Assembly (NCBI GenBank): GCA_045803545.1
Contig: JBJMOW010000005.1
Coordinates: 192,001 to 256,000 of the forward strand
Length of the DNA: 64,000 bases
Origin: Gemmatimonadaceae bacterium
GTDB taxonomy: Bacteria > Gemmatimonadota > Gemmatimonadetes > Gemmatimonadales > Gemmatimonadaceae
Direction: 5' to 3'
Shown: one piece after another, positions 10,445 to 23,095 of the stretch
Numbering within the stretch: the first letter of the stretch is position 1
Layout of the letters: the number at the start of each line of letters is the position of its first letter
Notes under the pieces: generated by a model
What the model was told of the DNA's origin: nothing
What the model saw: only the letters and a program-made list of their open reading frames with translations
Database searches by the model: none
Translations under genes and position numbers: made by a program

Positions 10445-10717
10445 GCTGCGGGACGAGAGCCAACTTCTGCGGGACGAGAGCTAACCAATTGCTGCGAGCT
10501 GCGGGCTGGTTGCGAGTTGCGGGCTAGTTGCGAGACGAGGGCTGGTTGCGAGATGCGGGCTAGTTGCTGGTCAAGAGCTGGTCGCCGATTACGAGCTAAC
10601 ATCTTACCGCTCTCATCTCGCAATTAGCTCTCATCTCGCAGCTAGCACTCATCTCGCATCTAGCCCGCAGCTCGCATCAATTGGTTGGCTCTCATCCCGC
10701 AGCAGTTAGCCCGCAGC
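10445..10717. repeat. Palindromic intergenic element, family C copy 1 (18-bp units)
   Basis: Left arm of TGCGAGATGCGGGCTAGT-like units, right arm their reverse complement; termini GCTGCGGGACGAGAGCCAAC / GTTGGCTCTCATCCCGCAGC shared with 21611-21866. Confidence 0.88.
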
Positions 10718-11965
10718 CTACCGGTAAAGCGAAACCGCGCTGCCGCGCCCTTCTCCCGATATCCTCATCAAAATCCCGACGGCTAGCCACGAGGCAAGCA
10801 TGAACGATCCGCCATAGCTGAAGAACGGCAGCGGGATTCCGGTAATCGGCATCAGGTTAAGCGTCATTCCGACGTTGACCAACACGTGCACGAACCAGCC
10901 CGACATCAGGCCGAATGCGACGAGGCTGCTGTAGGAATCGTTGGCACGCTCGGCGACCTGGGTTATGCGGAGGAAGAGCCAGAGGAATAGCGCGAGCGCG
11001 ATGGTCACGCCGATGAAGCCGAGTTCTTCGCCGACCACCGAGAAAATGAAATCGGTGTGCTGCTCGGGAAGGAACGCCAGTCGCTTCTGGGTTCCCATCG
11101 TGAAGCCCTGGCCGAGTACCCCGCCCGATCCGATTGCGACCTTCGATTGAATGACGTGGTACCCAGTACCGCGTACGTCAGCGGTCGGATCGAGAAAGGT
11201 CTTGAGCCGCGCCTGCTGATATGGCGCCAGTTTCTCCCACATGATCGGTGCAATGACACCCGTGGCGACGTTGAGCACCATCAGCACGATGCCCTCGATC
11301 AGGTATGGACGATACCACAACACGAGCGCGAGCAGAATGAAGAACCACGCACCCCACAGCCCGACGCTGAACGAGAGAATGAGGCTTATCGCCGGACTCG
11401 CAACCAGAATCAACAACGGCCACGACACGCCGGACCAGTAAAGCATCGCGAAGAAGATTCCGATGAACACGATGCCAGTGCCGAGGTCAGGCTGCAGCAT
11501 GATGATCATCCACGGAATGCCGACGACAAGCGCAGGCTTCCAGAGGTCGAGCAGCGATTTCGGCGCCTCACGCTGATTGGCGAGAACTTTCGCCAGCATC
11601 AGCACCACCGTCACCTTGGCGATCTCTGACGGTTGTCCAATGCGGTGACTGCCGATCGCGAGCCAGCTCTTGGTGCTGGCTGCGGTACCGGCGCCTTTGC
11701 CGATCACGAGGGTCAGCCCGAGCAGGAAGACTGAAAAGAGGTAGAGCGGCGTGGTGACCCACTCGATAAAACGAACCGACGAGTGACCCACGGCGTAGGC
11801 GAAGCCGAGTCCGATGAGAAGCCACAGCGCCTGCGACTTGTACGCGGTTGCCACCGCCGTTGGCGTGTCAGTCTGTCCCGCCGAATAAACCATCGCGATG
11901 CCAAACAGCGACAGAGCGCCGGCCGCGGCGAGCAGCTTGTAATCAGAGACGATGGGTCTGCTCAT
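10718..11965 (-). CDS. rodA: Rod shape-determining SEDS protein RodA
   Basis: QPSEIAK, QPDLGT, GYHVIQSKVAIGSGG, PEQHTDFIF, PITGIPLPFFSYGGS; next to mrdA. Confidence 0.95.
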   Translation of the reverse strand: MSRPIVSDYKLLAAAGALSLFGIAMVYSAGQTDTPTAVATAYKSQALWLLIGLGFAYAVGHSSVRFIEWVTTPLYLFSVFLLGLTLVIGKGAGTAASTKSWLAIGSHRIGQPSEIAKVTVVLMLAKVLANQREAPKSLLDLWKPALVVGIPWMIIMLQPDLGTGIVFIGIFFAMLYWSGVSWPLLILVASPAISLILSFSVGLWGAWFFILLALVLWYRPYLIEGIVLMVLNVATGVIAPIMWEKLAPYQQARLKTFLDPTADVRGTGYHVIQSKVAIGSGGVLGQGFTMGTQKRLAFLPEQHTDFIFSVVGEELGFIGVTIALALFLWLFLRITQVAERANDSYSSLVAFGLMSGWFVHVLVNVGMTLNLMPITGIPLPFFSYGGSFMLASWLAVGILMRISGEGRGSAVSLYR

Positions 11966-13731
11966 TATCCTTCGTCCATCGTCGCGTTGATCGGACCAAC
12001 CTTCAGATAGTGTCCAATAATCGCCGAGGCAATGTGAGCGGCGCGCGAGCCGTGGAGGCCGAATTCGAGCAGCACCGCGACGACAATCTTTGGATGATCA
12101 GCCGGCGCGAAGCCAACGAACCAGCCGTGATCAGGTCCACCCGTGTTCTGCGCGGTACCCGTCTTTCCGGCCAGCGTCAGGCCCTGGATCGCGGAGGCGC
12201 CTGCGGTTCCGCCTGCCTCGAGCACTGCTTTTAGTCCTTCGAGGATGATCGAGTCCTGCGCCTGGGTGAGATTGAAGACCTGTTTTCTCTGCGGAACGAG
12301 GTGCGCAATTTCAGGTCGCGCTGCTTTTCCACCAGTGGCGATCGCGGTATAAAACTTCGCCATGTTCACGACAGTCTGTGAATTCGCGCCCTGGCCGATC
12401 GCCAGGTTCAACGTTTCCGCGTTACTCCACCCGCGCGCACCATACTTGTCGTTGTAGTACTGGATCGCGTACGGCCAGTACGGCTGGTTCTCTTCCGGGA
12501 GATCGATTCCCGATCTGTCGCGCATGGTGAGGTTGATTCCGCCGGCGATCAGCTTGGTCAAACCAATCTTTAGTCCCAGCTGATAGAAATAGACATCGCA
12601 CGAATGCTTGATTGCACCTTCGAGATCCAGCGAGCCGTGGCCTCTTTTGTCCCAGCACCGGAAGTAGCGGCTGCCGTACTGATAACCGCCGCTGCATGGA
12701 ACGGGCATGTGATCCTTAGGCGTGATCACACCGTTTTGCAACCCGATCACGCTCGTCGCCAGCTTGAACGTCGAGCCCGGTGGATACCGGCCCTGAATCG
12801 TTTTGTTGACGAGCGGGCGACGCTTGTCCTCGAGCAGCGACTTGTAGTAATCGACCGGGATGCCGCCGGTGAACTTGTTCGGGTCCCAACTCGGGGCGCT
12901 GTACAACGCCAGCACCTCGCCGGTGGTCGGATCTATGGCGACCGCACCGCCCTGCAATGAATCGGCGAAAATCCCCGACGTGAATTTCTGCAGATCGAGA
13001 TCGATGTTGGTGTAGAGGGGCGGCGCTCCGACAGGATCGAGATCCGGCCGCGGGCCTTCGCCGCGCACCGGCCGCCCACGCGCATCGACCTCGTCGAATT
13101 TCACACCCTCGCGTCCGTGCAGAATGTTCTCGTACTGCTTCTCGAGACCTGCTTTCCCGATCTCCTGCCCCGGCTTGTAGTCCACGTACTTCGGATCGTT
13201 CAGCTCGTTTTCCGTGATCTCTCCGGTGTATCCAACGAACGAAGCGACGATCGGGCCGTCGGGATAGTAGCGCTTCGGCACGGACTGGATGATCAAGCGC
13301 GGGAAATCCAGTCGATGCTCCTCGAGTACCGAGACGATGTCGATCGACGCGTCGGGCAGGATCACCGTCGGCCGCGTCGGGGCACGTCGATAACGGCGGA
13401 TGGCGAGGTTGATGTCGTTCTGCGCCAGCTGCAGTGTTGGCGCCAACTGTGCGAGCGCGTTGCGCAAGCTGTCGACGTTCGGTGACGTGATCGACACTGA
13501 ATACGCGGGCAGATTCTCGGCGATTACCTCACCGTGTCGGTCGTAGATAATTCCGCGCGGCGCAGGCAGTGGAATCGGCCGCAGGCGATTTTCCTGCGAC
13601 TGCAGCACGTATTGCTTGTGCTGCAGTACCTGGGTTTTGAAGAACGCGCCGATAAGAACGAGAAAGGCTACACCAAGAAACAGAACGCTCCAACGCGCTC
13701 TCCGTGCAACGTCGTTCGGGTGAAAGCTCAT
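11965..13731 (-). CDS. mrdA: Penicillin-binding protein 2
   Basis: APRGIIYDR, YPPGSTFK (SxxK), SCDVYFY, KTGTAQ. Confidence 0.95.
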   Translation of the reverse strand: MSFHPNDVARRARWSVLFLGVAFLVLIGAFFKTQVLQHKQYVLQSQENRLRPIPLPAPRGIIYDRHGEVIAENLPAYSVSITSPNVDSLRNALAQLAPTLQLAQNDINLAIRRYRRAPTRPTVILPDASIDIVSVLEEHRLDFPRLIIQSVPKRYYPDGPIVASFVGYTGEITENELNDPKYVDYKPGQEIGKAGLEKQYENILHGREGVKFDEVDARGRPVRGEGPRPDLDPVGAPPLYTNIDLDLQKFTSGIFADSLQGGAVAIDPTTGEVLALYSAPSWDPNKFTGGIPVDYYKSLLEDKRRPLVNKTIQGRYPPGSTFKLATSVIGLQNGVITPKDHMPVPCSGGYQYGSRYFRCWDKRGHGSLDLEGAIKHSCDVYFYQLGLKIGLTKLIAGGINLTMRDRSGIDLPEENQPYWPYAIQYYNDKYGARGWSNAETLNLAIGQGANSQTVVNMAKFYTAIATGGKAARPEIAHLVPQRKQVFNLTQAQDSIILEGLKAVLEAGGTAGASAIQGLTLAGKTGTAQNTGGPDHGWFVGFAPADHPKIVVAVLLEFGLHGSRAAHIASAIIGHYLKVGPINATMDEG

Positions 13732-14216
13732 GCGGGTGTCGGCTCCAACAACGGTCGCATCAGGAAAAGAAGCAAGACGCCGACCGCGGCAGTGACTGCC
13801 GCCGATAGCGGAGACCAGAGCAGCAGCTGCTGCAACAGCTCCACTCCTTTGACACGCTGCTCACCCACGAAATAGAGAATGTCGAACACCCACTTCCCGA
13901 GAAAGAAGAAGAAGGCGTTCAGCACCAGGTTATCCGCAAAGAAAACGGCCTTCAAGTACGATGCTCCGAAACCGACGACCGTCATTGCGATCGCGCCCGC
14001 ACCCAGTGCGTCAGGCGCGAGCGAGTCCGAGATCAGACCGAGCAGAAACCCGATGATCGCGGCTGTCGACGGCCTTACACGAACCGCCGCGAGGAGCAGC
14101 GCCAGGATCAGGAAGTCCATAGGCGCGCGCCAACCGAGCAGGGGGCGGAGCGTGTAGTGGAGTACGACGAAAATGAGGAAGGTGATGATCGCGCGAATCG
14201 CTCCGCCCACGTTCAT
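13728..14216 (-). CDS. mreD: Rod shape-determining protein MreD
   Basis: Hydrophobic 162 aa membrane protein with GFLLGLISD motif between mreC and mrdA. Confidence 0.85.
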   Translation of the reverse strand: MNVGGAIRAIITFLIFVVLHYTLRPLLGWRAPMDFLILALLLAAVRVRPSTAAIIGFLLGLISDSLAPDALGAGAIAMTVVGFGASYLKAVFFADNLVLNAFFFFLGKWVFDILYFVGEQRVKGVELLQQLLLWSPLSAAVTAAVGVLLLFLMRPLLEPTPA

Positions 14217-15385
14217 CGCGTTCCTCCGGGTCGTCTTGGAATAGTGTCGGTGCGCACCGAGTCGCGTCGGCCGGTGTCGGGGCGCGCGGTGTTGGTGTCG
14301 GTCCTCCGAGCAGCCGCTGCACTGTCCGCCCGCCGTGCTGCCGCTCGTCTTTCGGCGGCCCGAGCTGCCGCCGCGCGAGCCGCGTCGGCCTGCGCAGTGG
14401 AATCTGTCGTTGCGCCGAGTGGCGCTGCGCCGTTAGCGCGCGCCGCCGAGTCCAGCACTGCGCGACGGGCTGCCGCCTCGGCAAGGGCAGCGGCCTTTGC
14501 GGCGGAATCACCGGAAACCACGATCCTTTGCGCTGCAGCATCCACCTGCGCGGTGTTCTCCCACACACCATCGACACCTTTCGCTAACCGATCTCGGCGC
14601 AGGATCATCACCTGATAGACATCGGCGGGGTTGACTGCCGGTCGCAGCAGGTACGTGCGCGCCCAGCCTTCACTGGTTTTGATCTCCTGAAGGATCGTGC
14701 CGATCGGAATGCCGCGCGGCCACACACCGCCCCAACCGGAGCTGACGATCATTTGTCCCGGTTTCAGAGTCGCGCGAAAGGGGACGCCGCGCAGCTCGAT
14801 CAGGTAGCCACCGGTGGCGCCTGTGAGATGCGCCTGGGCGATTCCGAATGCGGTACCATCGGGTGACATCGAGCTGACGCGAAAGTCGGGATGGGTCCAC
14901 AGCATCGCGTGACTCATCGTCGGATCTACCTGATCCACGATGCCAACCAATCCTTCAGGGGCTATCACCGGGCTGTAGCGCGAAACTCCCGCGCGCGAGC
15001 CTGCGCTCAGAATGACCGTCGTCTCGTCACGCACGCCCCGACCGTGCAGCGCTTCGGCCGGGATGAATCCCCATTTGAGTCGAGTTCCGATTCCAATCAG
15101 CTTTCTGAGACGATCGTTCTCGCTCTCGAGCGAGCCCGCCTTCATTGCGTTGAGCGACAGGCTATCGAGGTATTGCTGCTTGGCGTCGGCGCTGAGAAGC
15201 GATTGACGGCCGCGCTCAGCACTCTCCTGAAGCATCACCAGCGGTGCGAGGAAACTCCGTCGCATTCCGGTCGCAACCGGCTCGCGCATGGTATCGGGGA
15301 GCGCGCGTGCAGCGAATGAAAGGACAACACAAATTCCGAGTACTATCAGGTCGAACCGGGTGTTGCTGCGGAGCGTGCGCTGCAC
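14213..15385 (-). CDS. mreC: Rod shape-determining protein MreC (long Ala/Arg-rich C-tail)
   Basis: ENDRLRKL coiled coil, GLVG, SSGWGGVWPRGIPIG; between mreB and mreD. Confidence 0.9.
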   Translation of the reverse strand: MQRTLRSNTRFDLIVLGICVVLSFAARALPDTMREPVATGMRRSFLAPLVMLQESAERGRQSLLSADAKQQYLDSLSLNAMKAGSLESENDRLRKLIGIGTRLKWGFIPAEALHGRGVRDETTVILSAGSRAGVSRYSPVIAPEGLVGIVDQVDPTMSHAMLWTHPDFRVSSMSPDGTAFGIAQAHLTGATGGYLIELRGVPFRATLKPGQMIVSSGWGGVWPRGIPIGTILQEIKTSEGWARTYLLRPAVNPADVYQVMILRRDRLAKGVDGVWENTAQVDAAAQRIVVSGDSAAKAAALAEAAARRAVLDSAARANGAAPLGATTDSTAQADAARAAAARAAERRAAARRADSAAAARRTDTNTARPDTGRRDSVRTDTIPRRPGGTR

Positions 15386-15393
15386 GTCTTACC

Positions 15394-16431
15394 TCAAGTT
15401 GCTAGGACAGACCAGTATTTCGCCTCGTCATCAAGAATACGGCCTGTACCTCGCACAACACAGGTCAGCGGGTCTTCATCGACGTGAATCGGAAGTCCAG
15501 TCTCCTGGGAGAGCAGAACGTCCAGGCCTCGTATGAGAGCACCGCCACCAGTCATCACTATCCCGCGGTCGACGATGTCGGCCGCAAGCTCAGGCGGGGT
15601 GATCTCCAGCGCGCGTCTCACCGCATCGACGATCTGCTGAATCGGCTCCTGCACCGCATCGCGGATCTCCGACGAGTGCACGCGCACCGTCTTGGGAATA
15701 CCAGATACAAGATCCCTGCCTTTGACGTCCATTTCCTTTTCGTCGCCGACCGGAGCGGCAGATCCGATCTGGATCTTCACCTGCTCCGCTGTCGATTCAC
15801 CGACGAGGAGGTTGTAGTTCTTGCGCATGAACTGCACGATCGCCATGTCGAGCTCGTCGCCGCCGGTACGGATCGAGGTGTCGCTGACGATGCCGGAGAG
15901 GGCGATGACTGCGATCTCAGTGGTTCCACCACCAATGTCGATCACCATGTTGCCGGTCGGCGTTTCCACCGGTAGACCGACGCCGATCGCCGCCGCCATC
16001 GGCTCGGCGACCATGAAGACTTCCTTTGCACCCGCCCCAAGCGCGGAGTCGCGCACCGCGCGCTTCTCCACCTCGGTGATCCCTGACGGGACACAGACGA
16101 TGACCCGGGGCTTCACCTTGAAGACGTGGTTCTCGATGATCAGCGCCAGGAAGTAGCGGAGCATTTTTTCGGTGACGTCGAAGTCGGCGATGACGCCGTC
16201 TTTCATCGGCCTTACCGCGATCACACCTTCCGGCGTGCGGCCAAGCATGCGCTTGGCCTCGAGGCCAACGCCTTTGATTTTCTTGGTCTCGCGATCGAGG
16301 GCGACGACCGACGGCTCGTTCAGCACGATCCCTTCGCCCTTGACGTAGATCAATGTATTGGCGGTGCCGAGGTCAACGGCAATCGCGTTAGCCGGGAAGA
16401 GTGCGCCCGGTTTGAAGAATGGCCAGCGCAT
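15394..16431 (-). CDS. mreB: Actin-like cell shape protein MreB
   Basis: [37 protein letters not shown]. Confidence 0.97.
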   Translation of the reverse strand: MRWPFFKPGALFPANAIAVDLGTANTLIYVKGEGIVLNEPSVVALDRETKKIKGVGLEAKRMLGRTPEGVIAVRPMKDGVIADFDVTEKMLRYFLALIIENHVFKVKPRVIVCVPSGITEVEKRAVRDSALGAGAKEVFMVAEPMAAAIGVGLPVETPTGNMVIDIGGGTTEIAVIALSGIVSDTSIRTGGDELDMAIVQFMRKNYNLLVGESTAEQVKIQIGSAAPVGDEKEMDVKGRDLVSGIPKTVRVHSSEIRDAVQEPIQQIVDAVRRALEITPPELAADIVDRGIVMTGGGALIRGLDVLLSQETGLPIHVDEDPLTCVVRGTGRILDDEAKYWSVLAT

Positions 16432-17546
16432 TAGTTCAAATATGAATCGGGTGGAGTATACGGCAAGGCAAACGCCTCGGCGACAGCGGGATATGTCACT
16501 TTACCGTCTACGATGTTGAGTCCCTTTCGTAACGCAGCAACGTCTTTGAGCGCCTGCTTCCATCCCTTGTTGGCGAGCTGCATCGCGTAAGGGAAAGTCG
16601 CGTTCGTAAGCGCGAGTGTCGAAGTTCTCGGAACACCGCCCGGCATGTTCGCGACCCCGTAATGGATGATGCCATCCACTACGTAAGTGGGGTTCTCGTG
16701 GGTGGTGGCGTGAATCGTCTCAACGCAGCCGCCCTGATCGATGGCCACGTCCACGATCACTGCCCCCGGTTGCATGGTCTTGAGGTCGCCACGTCGAATG
16801 AGTTTCGGTGCGATCGCACCTGGAATGAGCACCGCGCCAACAACGAGATCCGCGGTTGAGATCTGCTCCAGGATGTTATGACGATTGGAGTAGATGAGTG
16901 TGACGTTTGCCGGCATGACGTCGGAGAGGTAGCGCAGTCGCTCAAGGCTGAGGTCGAGAACCGTCACCTTGGCTCCGAGACCCGCCGCCATCTTGGCCGC
17001 GTTGATGCCGACGATGCCGCCGCCGAGCACCACAACCTTGCCCGGCGCGACGCCCGGGACTCCGCCCAGGAGAACCCCACGACCGCCGTGGATCTTCTCG
17101 AGGTACTTGGCACCCTCCTGCACCGCCATCCGGCCAGCTACCTCCGACATTGGCGTGAGCAGCGGCAACTCCCTCGAGGGCAATTCGACGGTTTCGTAGG
17201 CAATGCAGGTCGCACCACTCTTGATGTGAGCGAGGGTAAGCTCTTTGTCGGCGGCGAAGTGGAAGTAGGTGAAGACCACCTGGCCTTTGCGCATGCGCGG
17301 CCACTCCGGCTTGATCGGCTCCTTCACCTTCATAATCATGTCGGCTTCGCGCCAGACTGTGTCAGCATCGGCACCGATCGCCGCACCGACGGCGGTATAG
17401 GCGGAATCGGGGAACCCGCTGCCCTCGCCGGCTCCCTTTTCGATCATGACAGAGTGCCCGGCGGCGACGAACGCTTCCGCACCCGCCGGCACGAGCGCAA
17501 TGCGATTCTCGTTCGTTTTGATTTCTTTGGGAACGCCGATCTTCAT
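16431..17546 (-). CDS. ald: Alanine dehydrogenase
   Basis: [37 protein letters not shown]. Confidence 0.96.
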   Translation of the reverse strand: MKIGVPKEIKTNENRIALVPAGAEAFVAAGHSVMIEKGAGEGSGFPDSAYTAVGAAIGADADTVWREADMIMKVKEPIKPEWPRMRKGQVVFTYFHFAADKELTLAHIKSGATCIAYETVELPSRELPLLTPMSEVAGRMAVQEGAKYLEKIHGGRGVLLGGVPGVAPGKVVVLGGGIVGINAAKMAAGLGAKVTVLDLSLERLRYLSDVMPANVTLIYSNRHNILEQISTADLVVGAVLIPGAIAPKLIRRGDLKTMQPGAVIVDVAIDQGGCVETIHATTHENPTYVVDGIIHYGVANMPGGVPRTSTLALTNATFPYAMQLANKGWKQALKDVAALRKGLNIVDGKVTYPAVAEAFALPYTPPDSYLN

Positions 17547-17597
17547 GTAGTTCTCAGGCTCGTTCTATTGAGATTGAAGCCGGCGCGACATGTTGCG

Positions 17598-18862
17598 TTA
17601 CGCTGCAGCCAAAGGTCCGAGACTGACGAGCGTTTGCCGCGCAGGTGCGTAATAGGTTTTGCAGATTGCGGCGCACGTCTCCGCATCTATCGCGTCGATA
17701 AGCGCCAACAGTTCGTCGAGCGTCCGATATGGCTCGCCGTATAGCTCGACCCCGGCTGCGCGATACATCCGCGAGGTGGGGCTTTCCAGAGACAGTGTAA
17801 TCTGTCCTTTCAGCTGGCTTTTTCCAGCGGTCAGGTCTTCTTCGCTGAGTCCGGTCGCAGCCAGCTTCTCCATCTCGTCGTTGATCGCGTCGACAGCAGC
17901 GCGCGCCGTCTCCGGAGCCGTTCCGACGTAGACCCCATGCATGCCGGTGTCTTCGTGGAACGACTGAAACGAGTACACAGCATACGCAAGCCCGAGCTCT
18001 TCGCGAATGCGCTGGAACAACCGCGAGCTCATGCCACCGCCGAACAGAAGTCCGACCATGCTCATCGCATAGCGTCGTGGATCGCTGTGAGGGAACGCCT
18101 CGCTGCCAATCACGATGTGAGTCTGGGCGGTATCGCGCTCGAAATGCACGGCGCGGGGTACCTGCACGATTGGAGCCGGAGAGGACAGCGGCGGCAGCCG
18201 ACCGGGAGCGACGTCGGCCCAGCCCGTCGCCTCGAGCGTCTCGACCAACGCGTCGTGCTCGACGTTACCTGCGGCAGCGACGACGATCTGCTCCGGATGA
18301 TAGGCGCGCTGGTGGAGCGCACGCAGATCGTCAGCATTCAGCGCGCCCACTGTTTCACGCGTGCCCAGAATCGAGAATCCGTAAGGATGCTTGCCCCAGA
18401 GCTGCGCGTTGTGCAGCTCGAAAACGAGATCGTCCGGTGTATCGTCGACAGTGTTGATCTCCTCCAGCACGACCTTTCGCTCGAGCGAAAGGTCGGACGA
18501 CCGGAGCAGCGGACGAAAAACGAGATCGGCGATTACATCGGCTGCTTGCGGCAGATGCTCATCGAGCACTTTGGCCTGATACGCGGTGTGCTCACGGGCG
18601 GTGTAAGCATCGAGCGAGCCGCCGAGAATCTCGAGCGCGAGCGCCAGCTCCTTTGCGCTGCGTCGGGGAGTGCCCTTGAACACCATGTGCTCGAGCATGT
18701 GCGAGACGCCCATCTTCTCCGGCGCCTCGTGCAGAGATGCAGCCCGCACCCATGCCCCGAATGCGACCGACCGTACTCCCGGCATGTGTTCCGAGAGTAC
18801 GGTCAGCCCGTTCGGCAAAACGGTGCGGCGCAGGTCAGAGCCTGCGGCCTGCGCGGCGAGGG

Positions 18863-18866
<4 letters not shown>
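17598..18866 (-). CDS. M16 (pitrilysin-like) Zn peptidase
   Basis: HMLEH (HxxEH) motif, MSSRLFQRIREELGLAY; usual position downstream of pnp. Confidence 0.92.
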
Positions 18867-21166
<2,300 letters not shown>

Positions 21167-21188
21167 GTTTGTTTTTTTTGTCTTTGTT

Positions 21189-21220
21189 AACACAAACCGC
21201 GCGGACGTATGCCGCGCGGT
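21189..21220 (-). terminator. Probable intrinsic terminator/hairpin after rpsO
   Basis: Minus strand ACCGCGCGG-CATACGT-CCGCGCGGT followed by TTGTGTT. Confidence 0.55.
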
Positions 21221-21237
21221 CAGATCAAAGAGCCAGA

Positions 21238-21498
21238 TTAGTAGCGCAGTCCAAGATCGGCGATGATCTTTCGATAACCTTCGACGTTCGTCTTCCTCAG
21301 ATAGTCGAGGAGGCGGCGTCGCTTACCGACCATCTTGAGCAGCCCGCGACGGCTGTGGTGGTCCTTCGCGTGGGTGCGGAAGTGGTCGGTGAGGTAGTTG
21401 ATACGCTCGGTGAGAAGGGCGACCTGAACGTCGGTCGATCCGCTATCAGTCTTGTGTTTGCGGTACTTCTCTACGGTCGGAGTTTTCTCGAATGCCAT
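21238..21498 (-). CDS. rpsO: 30S ribosomal protein S15
   Basis: [36 protein letters not shown]. Confidence 0.97.
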   Translation of the reverse strand: MAFEKTPTVEKYRKHKTDSGSTDVQVALLTERINYLTDHFRTHAKDHHSRRGLLKMVGKRRRLLDYLRKTNVEGYRKIIADLGLRY

Positions 21499-21562
21499 TT
21501 GGATGCTCTGGCGCCGGACCCTTTTCCGGCGGGACCTGGTTCTTAAATCGCTGTAGCCCCAT

Positions 21563-21591
21563 AACTTAGCGGCATACCGTGCCTATGTAAA
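21563..21591 (-). promoter_or_regulatory. rpsO promoter
   Basis: Minus strand TTTACA - 17 nt - TAAGTT; short leader containing a CGCCGGA...TCCGGCG hairpin. Confidence 0.6.
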
Positions 21592-21610
21592 GGTGCCGCG
21601 GTTGCTCATA

Positions 21611-21866
21611 GCTGCGGGATGAGAGCCAACGAATGGGTCCGAACTGCGAGCTAGTTCCGAACTGCGAGCTAGCTGCGAGATGCGGGCTAACTGCGGGATG
21701 CGGGCTAACTGCGGGATGAGAGCATTGCGAGCAAGTCGGAAGGGCGGCTAGCTCTCAACCCGCAGCTAGCCCGCATCTCGCGGCCAGATCGCAGCTCGCA
21801 ACGATCTGTTGGCTCTTATCCCGCAGCCGTTGGCTCTTATCCCGCAGCCGTTGGCTCTCCCGCAGC
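21611..21866. repeat. Palindromic intergenic element, family C copy 2
   Basis: Left terminus GCTGCGGGATGAGAGCCAAC; 18-bp internal units; right terminus GTTGGCTCTTATCCCGCAGCC repeated about 3 times at 21-bp period. Confidence 0.88.
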
Positions 21867-21901
21867 TCTAAGAGTTCCGAAACCCAGTCTCGCGCGTCTA
21901 G

Positions 21902-22402
21902 ATGGCGTCCTCACTGGAGAATGAAGTGTTTTTGAAAGCCGCCGCCTTTGTCACCCTGCTGGTGCTTGGGCCCGCGAAGCCCGCGACAATTTTGCTCGAT
22001 GGTAGCGCGCAACCGTGCGCGGATGTGAAAGAGTCGACATCGGGGATACCCGGGGTGCACGTCTACGCCTTCAATGCCGCGAAGATTCCGACGATTCGTC
22101 AGTCGCTCGCCGCGCTCGACAGTCTCGACTGGGAAAGCGGAGACCCGGATGCGATGCGCGCCTCCGTGATCGAGTACAACCGACTGATTTCTCGCGTGCA
22201 AAAGGCCAAGAAGATTGGGTACGCGATGAGCAACGGGAACGGCGACTTCGAGATCACCGTACAGCAGATGGATTCGGTGCTCGTCTTCGGGGAAGCGAAG
22301 ATGCCCGGTGAGCCCTTCTACTACTCGAGTCGAGTTGTGCCGGCCGTGGATAAGGACGAGGTGCGCGTCGTTCTCCTCATGTGTAACCAACAACTGCTTT
22401 AA
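21902..22402 (+). CDS. Hypothetical protein, probably exported (start uncertain)
   Basis: 166-aa ORF filling the space between repeat C2 and a convergent gene; hydrophobic N-terminal stretch; no recognised family. Confidence 0.6.
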   Translation: MASSLENEVFLKAAAFVTLLVLGPAKPATILLDGSAQPCADVKESTSGIPGVHVYAFNAAKIPTIRQSLAALDSLDWESGDPDAMRASVIEYNRLISRVQKAKKIGYAMSNGNGDFEITVQQMDSVLVFGEAKMPGEPFYYSSRVVPAVDKDEVRVVLLMCNQQLL

Positions 22403-22456
22403 GGCTCGAGAGAACTGCGTACCGGCCGCTGTCGACTTTCGGCTGGCGGCCTGCAG

Positions 22457-23095
22457 CTATTGCGGAGTCCAGTGTACCTGGGACGTGAACAAACCGTCCC
22501 GAAAGCCGATCTTGTGGCCGAGGTAGAGGCCGAAGACCAGGCTGACCGCTCCGGACGCGATGCGAAGCGAACGCTGAAAGCTTGGCAGGTGCGCCGCGGC
22601 GAGGAGTGAGGGGAACGCGATCGTCAGCGTGATCAGAGCCATCCCGACAATCGTGCCGAGGCCGAAAGTAAGCAAATAGATCGCGGCCCACCGTGGATCA
22701 TCGATCAGCGGGACGATCAATAGCGCCGCGCCGGCGGAGCCAGCAAGGCCGTGCACGACCCCGATTAGAAATGGTCGCGTTGCGCTGTTGACGGAGGGTT
22801 GGGCGCGCACGTTGAACAGGTTCAACAATCCGAGCACGACCAGCATGATCGCGACACAGAACTCGAGTGACAGGCCGAGGCGCGCATTGAGCGCGATCTT
22901 GAATAGGATGATCGCGCCGCCAACAACCAGCAACGTGATGCTGTGGCCGATTCCCCACACTGCTCCGATCCCGGCTGCTTTTCCCACCGATCGCTCACGG
23001 GTAACGATCGTGGTGACCGCGACTATGTGATCGGGATCGGTTGCGTGGCGCATGCCGAGCAACAGGCTCGCAATGAAGGTGAAAAGAAGGCTCAT
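22457..23095 (-). CDS. NiCoT/UreH-like nickel-cobalt transporter family membrane protein
   Basis: GMRHATDPDH, WGIGHS, GVVHGLAGS, FGLGTIVGM motifs. Confidence 0.8.
   Translation of the reverse strand: MSLLFTFIASLLLGMRHATDPDHIVAVTTIVTRERSVGKAAGIGAVWGIGHSITLLVVGGAIILFKIALNARLGLSLEFCVAIMLVVLGLLNLFNVRAQPSVNSATRPFLIGVVHGLAGSAGAALLIVPLIDDPRWAAIYLLTFGLGTIVGMALITLTIAFPSLLAAAHLPSFQRSLRIASGAVSLVFGLYLGHKIGFRDGLFTSQVHWTPQ

Noticed and set aside
10247..10627. Small ORFs across repeat regions (e.g. 10247-10627 +, 10414-10623 -, 2020-2283 +, 49265-49555 +)
   Set aside because: Translations simply reflect the repeat periodicity (CELRAG-type); no SD or family motifs.
10445..10717. CRISPR array interpretation of the intergenic repeats
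   Set aside because: Units are 7-21 bp, contiguous and mirrored, with no unique 30-40 bp spacers and no cas genes.
22421..22452. Short GC hairpin between the convergent hypothetical and transporter genes
   Set aside because: Possibly a bidirectional terminator but lacks a U-tract; too weak to call.
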